A stretch of DNA of 46,351 bases from Alphaproteobacteria bacterium (GCA_030639035.1 DAOWDM010000191.1:1-46351); one strand, 5' to 3'; counted from the stretch's first letter, positions 18,066 to 28,062 are shown. Program-made: numbers and translations. Notes: generated by a model not told the origin, from the letters alone.

Positions 18066-19349
18066 ATGATACCAATTATAATTGCAATTATTGTTCTTCT
18101 TTTTCTGTCAGGTTTTTTTTCTGGCTCTGAAACTGCATTAACAGCAGCTTCTCAAGCTTTGATGCACGAAAAAGAAAAAGAAAACGACCCTCGTGCTGCA
18201 ACGGTTAACAAGCTTTTTTCTAAAAGAGAAAAACTTATTGGCTCAATTCTTCTTGGAAACAATCTTGTTAATATTCTTGCTTCATCTTTGGCAACAAGCA
18301 TGTTTATTACAATGGCTGGAGAAGCTGGAGTTGCTTATGCTACTATTTCGATGACATTGCTTGTTCTAGTTTTTGCTGAAATACTGCCAAAAACATACGC
18401 TATCCGCCACCCTAACCGCACAGCTCTTGCAGTAGCTCCTATTATGCAAGTTTTAGTGATAACACTGTCGCCAATTATTATTTTTCTACAATGGATAGTC
18501 GATAAGACATTAAATCTTTTCGGTGTTACCAGTAAAAAAGAAACTAATGATGACGAGACAGCTAAAACTGAACTTCGAGGTGCAATAAATCTTCAGCATG
18601 ACAAGGAAGGCAAACAGGAACGAGCTATGCTAAAAAGCGTACTTGACCTTGCAGATGTTGAAGTAAGCGATATCATGACTCATCGTAGAAATATGGTTAT
18701 GGTAAATGCAGACAAGCCAGTAAAAGAAATCATTGAAGATGTTTTAAGCAGTCATTACACAAGGCTTCCTGTATGGCGTGAAAAACGTGAAAATATTATA
18801 GGGGTTTTACATTCTAGAGCTCTTTTTAATGCTGTTCAGATTCACAAAGACGACCTAGAAAATCTGGATATTACACAGCATGTTTCAAAACCATGGTTTA
18901 TTCTTGAAACAACAAGACTTCTTGATCAGCTTCAGTCTTTCCGCAATCGTCGTGAGCATTTTACTATTGTTGTCGATGAATATGGTGCAGTTCAAGGTGT
19001 TGTTACTCTTGAAGATGTATTAGAAGAAATTGTTGGAGAAATAGATGATGAACATGATGAAACTGTTTTAGAAGTTAAAAAACAGCGAGACGGTTCTTTT
19101 TTGGCTAAAGGAAACACTACGATTCGAGACTTAAACCGTCAGTTCGAATGGAATATTCCTGACGAAAATGCGGCTACAATTGCAGGCTTTTTGTTACATG
19201 AAACAGAGCGGATACCTGAAGAGGGGCATGTTTATTCTTTCAATGGTTTTCGCTTTACTATTGAAAAAAGATGCCGCAATCAGATAATGGATATTAAAAT
19301 TACTCCTCCGTCTTCATCATGGAACAAGTCTTATGATAATAGGAAATAG
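18066..19349 (+). CDS. CNNM/HlyC-CorC family transporter (DUF21 TM domain + CBS pair + CorC_HlyC domain)
   Basis: The N-terminal 4-TM DUF21-type region (SGSETALTA motif) is followed by a CBS pair and a C-terminal transporter-associated domain (GNTTIRDLNRQFEW..PDENAATIAGFLL). Confidence 0.85.
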   Translation: MIPIIIAIIVLLFLSGFFSGSETALTAASQALMHEKEKENDPRAATVNKLFSKREKLIGSILLGNNLVNILASSLATSMFITMAGEAGVAYATISMTLLVLVFAEILPKTYAIRHPNRTALAVAPIMQVLVITLSPIIIFLQWIVDKTLNLFGVTSKKETNDDETAKTELRGAINLQHDKEGKQERAMLKSVLDLADVEVSDIMTHRRNMVMVNADKPVKEIIEDVLSSHYTRLPVWREKRENIIGVLHSRALFNAVQIHKDDLENLDITQHVSKPWFILETTRLLDQLQSFRNRREHFTIVVDEYGAVQGVVTLEDVLEEIVGEIDDEHDETVLEVKKQRDGSFLAKGNTTIRDLNRQFEWNIPDENAATIAGFLLHETERIPEEGHVYSFNGFRFTIEKRCRNQIMDIKITPPSSSWNKSYDNRK

Positions 19350-19351
19350 CG

Positions 19352-19903
19352 ATGCCTCTTTCAAAACCAACGCCACGAACACAAAGATATAATCGCAAAG
19401 TAGAATGCAACGGCTATTTGCGAGATGATGGATTGTGGGATATTGAGGCGTGTATGAAAGATGTAAGGTCTTTATCTTTTCCGTGCTTGGATAAAGATGG
19501 GGAAATGAAAGCAGGTGAAACTTTTCACGAGTTTTGGGTTCGTTTAACTATTGACAAAGATTTTCTAATCCATGACATAGAAGTTTCAGTGGATTGCTCT
19601 CCAGCTGAATTGTGTGCAGGTGTAGTTCCTGCTTTTCAAGCTCTCAAAGGTCTTAAAATAACCAGAGGATTCAAACGTGAGCTTAAAAACCGCATTATGG
19701 GAGTTACAGGCTGTACGCATTTATACGAACTTATCTGGTATATGGGAGGTGTAGCTTTTCAGACACTTTCCGAAGTGCGTCATAAGCAGACGGAAGAAGA
19801 AAAAAGTCAGCCTAACCCATTGATAAACGCTTGCTACGGCATGTCAAGCGACAGGGAAGTTGTAAAAAGAAACTGGCCAGAACATTATACAGGCACTAAA
19901 TAA
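19352..19903 (+). CDS. DUF2889 family protein
   Basis: The size is about 180 aa. The layout is R..V.C.GYLRDDGLWDIE..., then a Cys before the GL.G...RGF block, then the GCTHLYEL motif, as I recall for DUF2889. The ATG lies 2 nt after the preceding stop. Confidence 0.55.
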   Translation: MPLSKPTPRTQRYNRKVECNGYLRDDGLWDIEACMKDVRSLSFPCLDKDGEMKAGETFHEFWVRLTIDKDFLIHDIEVSVDCSPAELCAGVVPAFQALKGLKITRGFKRELKNRIMGVTGCTHLYELIWYMGGVAFQTLSEVRHKQTEEEKSQPNPLINACYGMSSDREVVKRNWPEHYTGTK

Positions 19904-19925
19904 GCTTGTTTCTAATACAAATCCG

Positions 19926-20210
19926 CTACGCTGAAATAAACCTAGAAGCAATATCGTCTCTAAAATCAGGGATTCTTTTTGATTTTACATGGTTTATATT
20001 AGAAGCTGCAGCTCTGAAATAGGCGACAATAAAGACACGTGTTGCAGCAGAAAGATTAAAATCATCTCTCATATTATCTATTTGCGAACACAGTTCATTG
20101 ATTGTGAGGTTTTCTCTTTCAGAGATTTCTTCTAAAGCTTCCCAGATTTCGCCTTCAAGACGCATACTGGTTCTTCTACCGTTGACTTTTACATTACGAC
20201 TAAACAACAT
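19926..20210 (-). CDS. ribbon-helix-helix domain protein (RHH_4-like)
   Basis: VKVNGRRTSMRLEGEIWEALEEISERENLTINELCSQID matches the conserved alphaproteobacterial RHH_4 pattern (R.V...GR.TS.RLE..FW.AL.EIA). Confidence 0.6.
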   Translation of the reverse strand: MLFSRNVKVNGRRTSMRLEGEIWEALEEISERENLTINELCSQIDNMRDDFNLSAATRVFIVAYFRAAASNINHVKSKRIPDFRDDIASRFISA

Positions 20211-20396
20211 GAGGCAACTCCATTAAAAAAAAAGATTAATTACCTTCAGTACTTTCATTAATTGGAACATAAAAGAGTATGTAAGTAAACTTGTTTTTCT
20301 AACGTATAGGTTACATTTTTTTTACAACGAATCATCTTAGGGTAGTTTTGTTTTTTTATCCTTGTAAGAATGATGTTTTTTAATCATATTTGAAAT

Positions 20397-20969
20397 ATGG
20401 TACGTAAAAGAAAATCAAAATATTTTGAACCGCAAACGAATTCACAAGAAAAGAAATGTGAACACCCTGATTGCGACAAAGCTGGCTTATACAGAGCTCC
20501 AAAATCAAAGTCTCTTGATGGCTATTACTGGTTTTGTCTTGAGCATGTGCGAGAGTATAATGCAAGCTGGAACTATTATGGGGATATGTCGGAAAAAGAA
20601 ATAGAACAGCAATTGCGAAATGATACCGTATGGCAGCGTCCGACATGGAAACAAGGGGAGCAAGGAAATTTTCATTCCGATATTTCAGGAATGTTTGATG
20701 CTTTTGGTATTTTTAATGATACAGCTAAGAATAGCGAATCCTCTGATAAAAAACTACGCATCAGTGCCAAAGAATTAGAAGCTATGCTAATTATGGAGCT
20801 GGATTTTCCATTAACAAAAGAAAAGCTAAAAGAAAAGTATAAAAAGCTTGTAAAAATATATCACCCAGATGTATCTGACGAAGACAAAAAATCCGATGAA
20901 CAATTTAAGCAAATTTCAATTGCTTATAATTTATTATTAAATAGCTTGAGCAAAAACACTGATAATTAG
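20397..20969 (+). CDS. J-domain protein with N-terminal Cys-rich region
   Basis: The C-terminal J domain carries HPD (LKEKYKKLVKIYHPDVSDED...FKQISIAYNLL). The N-terminal region is CEHPDCDKAGLYRAP...YYWFCLEHVREYNASWNYY, which is typical of a conserved alphaproteobacterial DnaJ-like protein. Confidence 0.7.
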   Translation: MVRKRKSKYFEPQTNSQEKKCEHPDCDKAGLYRAPKSKSLDGYYWFCLEHVREYNASWNYYGDMSEKEIEQQLRNDTVWQRPTWKQGEQGNFHSDISGMFDAFGIFNDTAKNSESSDKKLRISAKELEAMLIMELDFPLTKEKLKEKYKKLVKIYHPDVSDEDKKSDEQFKQISIAYNLLLNSLSKNTDN

Positions 20970-20983
20970 AACCGTTGCTTTTT

Positions 20984-21304
20984 AGCTGTGTTATACAATG
21001 ATGTTGCTAGAGCATTTCGGCACTGTTATTGCGTAAGCGACTCCTCCGCCAAAGGCTGGGAATCCAGAATCTTTCTAAGAAAGACTGGATACCCGAAATT
21101 AAATTTTCGAGTATGACGAGTAGGGAGGAAGACGACAACAGAAACGACTCCAGTGTTTGAAAAGGCTAAAAGAAGAAAGACTGGATTCCCAACCATGATG
21201 GCTGAGAATGACAGGCGATGGTTATAATTACTACGTCGCTAACATTTCTTGCAAGGGCAGTAAAAACTGCTACGATTTTAGCAGTACTCTTGTATAACAC
21301 AGCT
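20984..21304. repeat. composite repeat nest bracketed by a 15-bp perfect inverted repeat
   Basis: AGCTGTGTTATACAA (20984-20998) and TTGTATAACACAGCT (21290-21304) bracket the whole convergent intergenic region. Inside, 21025-21119 is a type-B/C hybrid (GTTATTGCGTAAGCGAC..GGCTGGGAATCCAGA..GACTGGATACCC..GAGTATGACGA). 21179-21213 is a type-B right half (GACTGGATTCCCAACCATGATGGCTGAGAATGACA). Confidence 0.75.
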
Positions 21305-21329
21305 TACTTTTTTAATCAGTATTTGACAT

Positions 21330-22460
21330 TTAATTAGTTTCTAGTGTCGCAGGAAGCTCTCCCATTTTAGTGATTAGATATTCTATGTCGTCGTTTTCAA
21401 AAACGATACCCATAGAGTCATATTGTGTCAAAATACGTTCTATCATGCGGCGTGAATAGCGTTCACGATCCATATCTCCGCCGTCATATTGCATTTCTTT
21501 AATGGAATCGATAGCAACACGTACGGCTGGGTAAAGAGACATAGGCTGTTGTGCTGTTTGATAAATTCTCTTTAATCCTAAAGCACCAGAATCATGTATC
21601 AGTACTCTAGCGTTTTCTATGGAAACTTCTGCAAACACTGCCATTGCATATTCAAAAAACATCAAATCACCCATACATAATGCACGTAAAATTATTGATG
21701 GTGTAAGACGATTATGTTTGCTGAGTTGAGCAACCAGTTTGCTAACATCATTTTCAGATGATTCTGTTGAAAGAGCTATAGTTGCACGTTCTCTGGTTTG
21801 TAAAATTATGTCTGTAGCTATATTTGAAGGCAGTTCGTGTCTGGAAAGAAGTCTTTTCTGAAGCTCTTCTGAAACTTTGGTTACAAGACGTTCTGCAACC
21901 GTTATAGGCAGTTTGTTGCGATTAATCATAGGTTTCTGGATTGCTTCGCTGTTCCCGAATCTGCTTAATACTTTATTGAAAGAGTTTTCAGCAATATTAG
22001 CACTTTTATTTGAAACAAGAGCAACAACAACGTCTTCTGTTCCCTTGTCAACAAGGGCATCAGATATGTTGCTTTCAAGGTGTTCTCTTGAAGCGACTGC
22101 TTTTTGTTTTTCTTCGTCCATGCTGTTTACGATTTGAATTAAATCTTTGTTTGTAAGTACTTCTGAGCATTGAATCATCGGTAGAGAAACGGCATCTATA
22201 TCGTTAGCAAGAGAAACGGCGATATCATGAGGAATATTTGGGTTCTCTTTGAGATTTTGTGATAAAGCTTCACGTACTCGCTCTTCTGCATCTTTGACCA
22301 TAATGCGGAAAATATCTTTGGCAAGATTATTCTGTTCTTCTGAAAGTTCCCCATGGCTAAACTGATGTGAAAGTTTTTCTGCCGTTTTAATGCGAGCTTT
22401 TCCATCGATATCACTTTTCAAAAGTTCGATGTCTTTTTTTGTAAAATGTTCTTCTGTCAT
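21330..22460 (-). CDS. DUF2336 family protein (HEAT-like helical repeats)
   Basis: The size is about 376 aa and the protein is all-helical. The block ERVREALSQNLKENPNIPHDIAVSLANDIDAVSLPMIQCSEVLTNKDLIQIV fits my recollection of the DUF2336 signature. Confidence 0.55.
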   Translation of the reverse strand: MTEEHFTKKDIELLKSDIDGKARIKTAEKLSHQFSHGELSEEQNNLAKDIFRIMVKDAEERVREALSQNLKENPNIPHDIAVSLANDIDAVSLPMIQCSEVLTNKDLIQIVNSMDEEKQKAVASREHLESNISDALVDKGTEDVVVALVSNKSANIAENSFNKVLSRFGNSEAIQKPMINRNKLPITVAERLVTKVSEELQKRLLSRHELPSNIATDIILQTRERATIALSTESSENDVSKLVAQLSKHNRLTPSIILRALCMGDLMFFEYAMAVFAEVSIENARVLIHDSGALGLKRIYQTAQQPMSLYPAVRVAIDSIKEMQYDGGDMDRERYSRRMIERILTQYDSMGIVFENDDIEYLITKMGELPATLETN

Positions 22461-22605
22461 AAGAAGCAGCCTCTTTAACCTTTATTCACACGATAATATA
22501 TCATTTCATTTTATACTATAATACATAGATTTTATAATTAAATTACATAATTATGTTATAAACTATTAAGAGTCTTTCTTAAAAGTTTTTCCAAAGAATA
22601 CATAG

Positions 22606-23274
22606 CTAAAGCCTGTCTAATATTTTTTTCAGCTTTTCAATAGGAATTTGCCACCAAGAGATAGTTTTTTGGTTGGATTCTTTTTTTAAAACTGGCGATG
22701 GCAGTGCAGTAACGACTGTTTTTATAAACTTTGTCTCATGTTTCTTTTGAGTGTCTGCAGGAAGAATTGATTTTTCTAAAGGAATTGCTGCATGCAAAAG
22801 TGCTTTTTGTGAGCATTTTACAGGAGAGTGGCTTGCTAGAAAAGAGTTTCTCCATGCAAAATCTGCAAAATCTTCTTTATTCAACATTAGAAGAGACTGA
22901 AGCAGATGAGATGAATAGGAGCAGAATTCATCACGGTTGCTTATACTGCGTGATGAGGCTTCATTAGCTAAAATAGTAACAAAATCATCTAATTTGCTTT
23001 GAGAATTATACTTATAAGTGCGTTTGAAGTAATCAATCAGCACTCTGCCATTGCTGGCAAGCTCATTCTTATGTTTAATCACAAATGCATTATACTGGTT
23101 ACGTTTGCCGCAACTCAAAGCTGCCACCATAAGCTGACTTTGCAAAGACCTTAAATGAAGAGCAGTAAGTTCATTTTCTCTAGCACAATTAAAAGTCAAA
23201 GCATCAGCCGTATTCACCTTAAAAATAATGCAAACGGCTAAGAGAAAGATTGCGTTAAGTTTCATATGCTTCAA
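22606..23274 (-). CDS. hypothetical exported Cys-containing protein
   Basis: It has a signal peptide (MKLNAIFLLAVCIIFKVNTADA) and several spaced Cys residues. I recognise no family. Confidence 0.5.
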   Translation of the reverse strand: MKHMKLNAIFLLAVCIIFKVNTADALTFNCARENELTALHLRSLQSQLMVAALSCGKRNQYNAFVIKHKNELASNGRVLIDYFKRTYKYNSQSKLDDFVTILANEASSRSISNRDEFCSYSSHLLQSLLMLNKEDFADFAWRNSFLASHSPVKCSQKALLHAAIPLEKSILPADTQKKHETKFIKTVVTALPSPVLKKESNQKTISWWQIPIEKLKKILDRL

Positions 23275-23283
23275 AGGTTATTT

Positions 23284-23958
23284 TTACTTCCGTTTTTCAA
23301 TAACTTTATACATAGCAATTATAGCATCGACAATGCTTTCGTAGTCATTTTCGGTCATTCGGTCGGTGTTGATTGTTATGTCGAACTGGGTTGGGTCGTT
23401 TAGTCTTGAGCCGAACATTTTCCACAAGAACTTGCCTCGTTGTTTTTTCGCATTTTTGACTTTTTCTTTAGCTTCTTCCTTGCCGATATCAAGTTCTTTC
23501 ATTAAGCGTTCGACACAGCATGATTCAGAAGATGTAATACGCACACGCAATGCGGCACTATTAGAAAGAACAACATGACTGCCTCGTCCAACGATTATGC
23601 AGCTTCCGAGTCGAGCTAAAGAGAAAACTACATTTATCAAATGCCGCTTGAAAGAAACATGAGAGAAACTTTTTTTATTGATAATGCGGTAGAGCCAGAA
23701 ATCACTCATTTGATCGATTCCATCATCAACCATTTTTACTGCTTCACGGTCAGCTTCGGTAAGCTTTGCAATGCCAGTGATTATATCTTCATCATAAATT
23801 GCAAGGTCTAACCGTTCAGCAAGAAGCTTTGATATTTTCTCTCCGCCAGAACCATAACAGCCTGACATTGCAAATACTTTGCTTCCAATGCTTCCCTCAA
23901 AATTTGCAGCACTGATTTTTTTAATAGCTTCTAAAGCATCGTTAATATTTGATTCCAT
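23284..23958 (-). CDS. cytidylate kinase-like family protein (Cytidylate_kin2-type)
   Basis: The P-loop-like block AMSGCYGSGGEKISKLLAERLDLAIYDEDII resembles the PF13189 N-terminus. The start is set at MESNINDAL (ATG 23958), although the ORF allows 24003. Confidence 0.5.
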   Translation of the reverse strand: MESNINDALEAIKKISAANFEGSIGSKVFAMSGCYGSGGEKISKLLAERLDLAIYDEDIITGIAKLTEADREAVKMVDDGIDQMSDFWLYRIINKKSFSHVSFKRHLINVVFSLARLGSCIIVGRGSHVVLSNSAALRVRITSSESCCVERLMKELDIGKEEAKEKVKNAKKQRGKFLWKMFGSRLNDPTQFDITINTDRMTENDYESIVDAIIAMYKVIEKRK

Positions 23959-24020
23959 AATTTTCGGCTTTCCTATTGTTCTAATAATATTATAGCAAAT
24001 CATTGCCTTTTACAAAATAG

Positions 24021-25505
24021 CTACGTTTCATAATTATCAGTTATAAACTTGTTTAAAAGCTGAACACCGAACGCTGTCGCACCTTTTGGAACTGTTGGAG
24101 CAGCTTTTTTTGACCATGACACACCAGCAATATCTATATGAGCCCATGCCGTATCCTTTACGAATCGCTTTAGAAACTGTGCGGCAGTAATGCTTCCTGC
24201 TGTTCTTCCGCCAATATTTTTCATATCAGCAACATCTGACTTTATAAGTTTGTCGTATTCCTTATCAAGAGGAAATCGCCACAGCTTTTCTTTTGTATAA
24301 TTTCCAGCATCATATAATTGTTTTGCAAGATTATTGTCATTCGAGAAAAGCCCTGCTTTCTCATTTCCCAAAGAAACAATAATTGCACCTGTAAGAGTCG
24401 CAATATCAATCATAGCTGTTGGCTTAAATCTTTCTTGGACGTACCACATTGCATCACCTAAAACTAAGCGACCCTCTGCATCTGTGTTGACAATCTCGAC
24501 CGTTTTTCCAGACATGGAGGTTATAATATCGCTTGGTTTCAAAGCATATCCTGAAGGCATATTTTCGACTAGCCCTATAACTCCGACAACATTTGCTTTC
24601 GCTTTGCGTCTAGCAAGAGCTTTCATAAGTCCTGTAACTACGCCTGCTCCTGCCATATCACACTTCATATCTTCCATTCCGCCAGAAGGTTTTATGGAAA
24701 TACCGCCTGAGTCAAAGCACACTCCCTTGCCTACAAAAGCAACTGGAGGAGTTTCTTTATTCTCAGCTCCTTTCCAATGCATGACGACAAGTTTTGGCTC
24801 GTGCATCGAGCCTTGACCAACAGCTAGAAGCATATTCATTCCAAGCTTGTTCATTTTGTTTTTATCAAGGATTTCAACCTCTACCCCAAGCTCTACAAGT
24901 TTTTCAGCTTCGGCAGCAAAGCTTGTCGGGTAAATTACATTAGGCGGTTCAGATACTAAATCACGAGATAAAAAGACTCCATCAGCAACAGCATTTAGAG
25001 ATTTAAAGGCTTTTCTTGCTATAGCTTCAGAGTCGGTCAAAATTTTAAGCTTTTTAAGCTTGCTGTCTTTATTTTCGGTTTGATATTTATCAAACTTGTA
25101 AGAGGCAAGCTTTGCACCAAAAGCAGCGTTGGAAGACATTTCTGCTTGGCTCATTTCGCAGTCCGAGATTCCATCTACAGCAATTATTCCAGTTTTTTCT
25201 TTTGAGAAAGAAGCAAAGGCTCTTCCACCAAAATCCTGCATTTTTAGAACATTGATTTTTTCAAGGCTTCCGAGTCCTATACAGATAATTTTTGTAAAGT
25301 TCGTTCCAGCAGGTGCAATTATAGTCATAACCTGTTCGATTTTGCCCTCGAACATGCTGGTTTTAATGGCTCTAGTTATAGCTCCGCCTGTTTTTTCATC
25401 AAGTTTTTTAGCTGTATCTGAAAGAATGTTTCCTTTGAATACGCTTACAGCAATAGCTCCTGTGTCGTTCAGTTCTTTGTTTTTGTTAACGAATGAGATT
25501 TTCAT
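24021..25505 (-). CDS. pepA: leucyl aminopeptidase (M17)
   Basis: It has the M17 signatures VGKGVCFDSGGISIKP and NTDAEGRLVLGDA. The length is about 494 aa. Confidence 0.92.
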   Translation of the reverse strand: MKISFVNKNKELNDTGAIAVSVFKGNILSDTAKKLDEKTGGAITRAIKTSMFEGKIEQVMTIIAPAGTNFTKIICIGLGSLEKINVLKMQDFGGRAFASFSKEKTGIIAVDGISDCEMSQAEMSSNAAFGAKLASYKFDKYQTENKDSKLKKLKILTDSEAIARKAFKSLNAVADGVFLSRDLVSEPPNVIYPTSFAAEAEKLVELGVEVEILDKNKMNKLGMNMLLAVGQGSMHEPKLVVMHWKGAENKETPPVAFVGKGVCFDSGGISIKPSGGMEDMKCDMAGAGVVTGLMKALARRKAKANVVGVIGLVENMPSGYALKPSDIITSMSGKTVEIVNTDAEGRLVLGDAMWYVQERFKPTAMIDIATLTGAIIVSLGNEKAGLFSNDNNLAKQLYDAGNYTKEKLWRFPLDKEYDKLIKSDVADMKNIGGRTAGSITAAQFLKRFVKDTAWAHIDIAGVSWSKKAAPTVPKGATAFGVQLLNKFITDNYET

Positions 25506-25518
25506 TTTTTAAAGCCTT

Positions 25519-26544
25519 TTATATTGTTCCTTCAAACACTCCGACGCATTTTGTTCCGCACTTTTTGCATTTTCCGTCATTTGTGATGTTAGTTTTTCCT
25601 ATCTTGTACAAGACACGTTCTATAAGCAGTTCACCGCATTTATGGCAGTATGTTGAGGCGTTTTTTGTGTCGTAAACGTTGCCTGTATAAACGTGCCTGA
25701 TTCCGTTGTTTTTTGCGATTTCTCGTGCTTTTGTAAGTGTAGAAGCTGGAGTTCTGGGCTTATCCATAACTTTATAGGCTGGGTGGAAAGCTGAAAAATG
25801 GACAGGAACATCTTGCCCTAGTTCTTTTACTATCCATTTTGTCATCTCATCAATTTCTGTTTCTGAGTCGTTTTCATCAGGAATTATCAGATTAGTTATT
25901 TCTAGCCAAACATCGGTTTCATTCTTTACATACTTTAAGGTGTCTAATACAGGTTCAAGATTTATAGAACACATTCGGACGTAAAAATCATCGGTAAAAG
26001 CTTTTAAGTCTATGTTAGCTGCGTCCATATAAGAAAAGAACTCTCTGCATGGTTCAGGCTGAATATAACCAGCAGTTACAGCTACCGTTTTTATTCCTAA
26101 TTTATGACATTCTTTTGCTGTATCAACAGCATATTCAAGAAAAATAACTGGCTCGTTATAAGTAAATGCTACAGAGCGGCAGCCTGCTTTTTTTGCCATT
26201 TCAGCGATGTCTTTTGGAGAAGCAATATTATTTAAACGGTCAGTTTCTTTTGCTTTTGAAATATCCCAATTCTGGCAGAATTTACAGGTAAGATTGCAGC
26301 CTGCTGTTCCAAAAGAAAGAATTGAAGTATTAGGCAGGAAATGATTTAGTGGTTTTTTCTCTATCGGGTCAATGCAGAAACCTGATGATTTGCCATAAGT
26401 ATCAAGAATCAGCTTTCCGTCTTCGCATTTTCTTACAAAACATAAACCTCGCTGCCCTTCTTTTATTTTGCATTTACGAGGGCAAAGATTGCATTCAACC
26501 TCACCATTATCCAGCTTTTTCCAATAACGTGCAGTAAAACTCAT
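25519..26544 (-). CDS. AmmeMemoRadiSam system radical SAM enzyme
   Basis: The radical SAM motif is CNLTCKFCQNW (CX3CX2C). There is an N-terminal auxiliary Cys cluster (CNLCPRKCKIKEGQRGLCFVRK) and a C-terminal Cys4 ribbon (CHKCGE...CKKCGTKC). The start is set at MSFTARYWKK (ATG 26544). The 82-codon upstream extension in the ORF track would overlap the divergent Memo gene. Confidence 0.85.
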   Translation of the reverse strand: MSFTARYWKKLDNGEVECNLCPRKCKIKEGQRGLCFVRKCEDGKLILDTYGKSSGFCIDPIEKKPLNHFLPNTSILSFGTAGCNLTCKFCQNWDISKAKETDRLNNIASPKDIAEMAKKAGCRSVAFTYNEPVIFLEYAVDTAKECHKLGIKTVAVTAGYIQPEPCREFFSYMDAANIDLKAFTDDFYVRMCSINLEPVLDTLKYVKNETDVWLEITNLIIPDENDSETEIDEMTKWIVKELGQDVPVHFSAFHPAYKVMDKPRTPASTLTKAREIAKNNGIRHVYTGNVYDTKNASTYCHKCGELLIERVLYKIGKTNITNDGKCKKCGTKCVGVFEGTI

Positions 26545-26649
26545 AACTCTTATCCAAAAAAAATCATTAAAAAACAGTTTAAGGCTTTCTAAATCAACTA
26601 TTACAGGTACAGTGTATAAAGACCATAAAAAAATATTGGAGCAAACATT

Positions 26650-27444
26650 ATGGAATTTGTAAGAACGACTGCAGTTGCAGGAGCGTTTTATCCATCTGAG
26701 CCAGAAATACTTAGCAAAGATATACAAAGGTATATTGAAGAAACTCCTTCTGTGTCTTTGCCTGTTCCTAAAGCTATAATAGTTCCTCATGCAGGATATG
26801 AGTATTCAGCAGGAGTGGCGGCTAGTGCTTATAAGCTTTTGAAATCAGGGCGTAAATCTATTAAGAAAGTAGTGATTCTTGCTCCTTCTCATAAAATTGG
26901 TTTTAATGGAATGGCTTTGACAAAAGCATCTGCATATGAAACTCCACTTGGTAATGTTGAAATAGATAAAGAAATGAATGAGCAATTACTTGCTTTGCCA
27001 TTAGTAGACTATCTTGAAGAGGCTCATAAAAGCGAGCATTCACTAGAAGTGCAGCTGCCTTTTCTCAAAGAAGCACTAGATGATTTCAAGCTTATTCCTG
27101 TTATAACGGGAAACGCTTCACCGACAGATGTTGAGACTTTACTGGAAACTGTATGGGGGAAAAAAGATACACTTATTGTAATTAGTACAGACTTGTCTCA
27201 TTATCTTCCATACAATGAAGCCTGCATTCTGGATAACAAAACAAAGACAGCAATTGAAAATCTTGATATAGATTCAATCGAGCAAGAACAAGCATGCGGT
27301 TATGTTCCGCTTAAAGGAATGTTGACTATAGCAAAGGCTAAAAAAATGCAGGTTGAAACTCTGGAGGTAAAAAACTCAGGAGATACTTCAGGTTCAAAAA
27401 ATCGTGTGGTAGGTTACGGTGCATGGGCTTTCTTAGAAAAATAA
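26650..27444 (+). CDS. AmmeMemoRadiSam system protein B (Memo-like)
   Basis: It has Memo family blocks: AGAFYP near the N-terminus, IVPHAGYEYSG-like (IVPHAGYEYSAGVAA), EHSLEVQLPFL and STDLSHY. Confidence 0.85.
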   Translation: MEFVRTTAVAGAFYPSEPEILSKDIQRYIEETPSVSLPVPKAIIVPHAGYEYSAGVAASAYKLLKSGRKSIKKVVILAPSHKIGFNGMALTKASAYETPLGNVEIDKEMNEQLLALPLVDYLEEAHKSEHSLEVQLPFLKEALDDFKLIPVITGNASPTDVETLLETVWGKKDTLIVISTDLSHYLPYNEACILDNKTKTAIENLDIDSIEQEQACGYVPLKGMLTIAKAKKMQVETLEVKNSGDTSGSKNRVVGYGAWAFLEK

Positions 27445-27459
27445 CGGATAAATAAAAAG

Positions 27460-28050
27460 ATGAATAACAAACTAACTGTTTCATTTGGAGAAACATTATT
27501 AAAGCTTGCTGCTGCATCTGTTCTGCATGGTTTGAAAAATGGAACACCATTGCCAGTTAAGGCAGAAGATTATACTAAAGAACTTCAGGAAAACGGAGCT
27601 TCTTTTGTAACTCTTAAATTAAATGGTGAATTGCGAGGCTGTATTGGTACAGTCGAAGCATGGAGAAGTCTTGTCGAAGATATAGCTGAAAACGCATATA
27701 ATGCAGCGTTTAGAGACCCTAGATTTAGCCCTCTTACAGAAAATGAACTTGATGGGCTAGAACTGTCAATTTCCATTCTGACAAAACCAGAACCAATGAC
27801 TTTCACAGATGAAGCTAATCTCTTGGAGCAGATAAAACCTGAGATTGACGGACTTGTTATAGAAGACAAAGGCAAACGAGGGCTGTTTTTACCTATAGTA
27901 TGGGAGCAGCTTCCAGAAAAAAGAGACTTCCTCGCTCATCTTAAATTAAAAGCTGGTTTCCCTTCTGATTATTGGTCATCAACGTTAAAAATATACAGGT
28001 TCAGAGCAGACGCAGTGAAGCAAAAAGAAAACTCAATCTGGTCTGCATAA
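27460..28050 (+). CDS. AmmeMemoRadiSam system protein A (AMMECR1 domain)
   Basis: It has the AMMECR1 signature GASFVTLKLNGELRGCIGT and the later blocks RDPRF.PL and GLFLP.VW. Confidence 0.85.
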   Translation: MNNKLTVSFGETLLKLAAASVLHGLKNGTPLPVKAEDYTKELQENGASFVTLKLNGELRGCIGTVEAWRSLVEDIAENAYNAAFRDPRFSPLTENELDGLELSISILTKPEPMTFTDEANLLEQIKPEIDGLVIEDKGKRGLFLPIVWEQLPEKRDFLAHLKLKAGFPSDYWSSTLKIYRFRADAVKQKENSIWSA

Positions 28051-28062
28051 CAGTTGACTGAA

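Noticed and set aside
26545-26790. An 82-codon N-terminal extension of the radical SAM ORF that overlaps the Memo gene start.
   Set aside because: The extension is Arg/Phe/Cys-rich junk-like sequence. The conserved family N-terminus (MSFTARYWKKLDNGEVECNLCPRKC) starts at ATG 26544. The extension would also remove the divergent control region.
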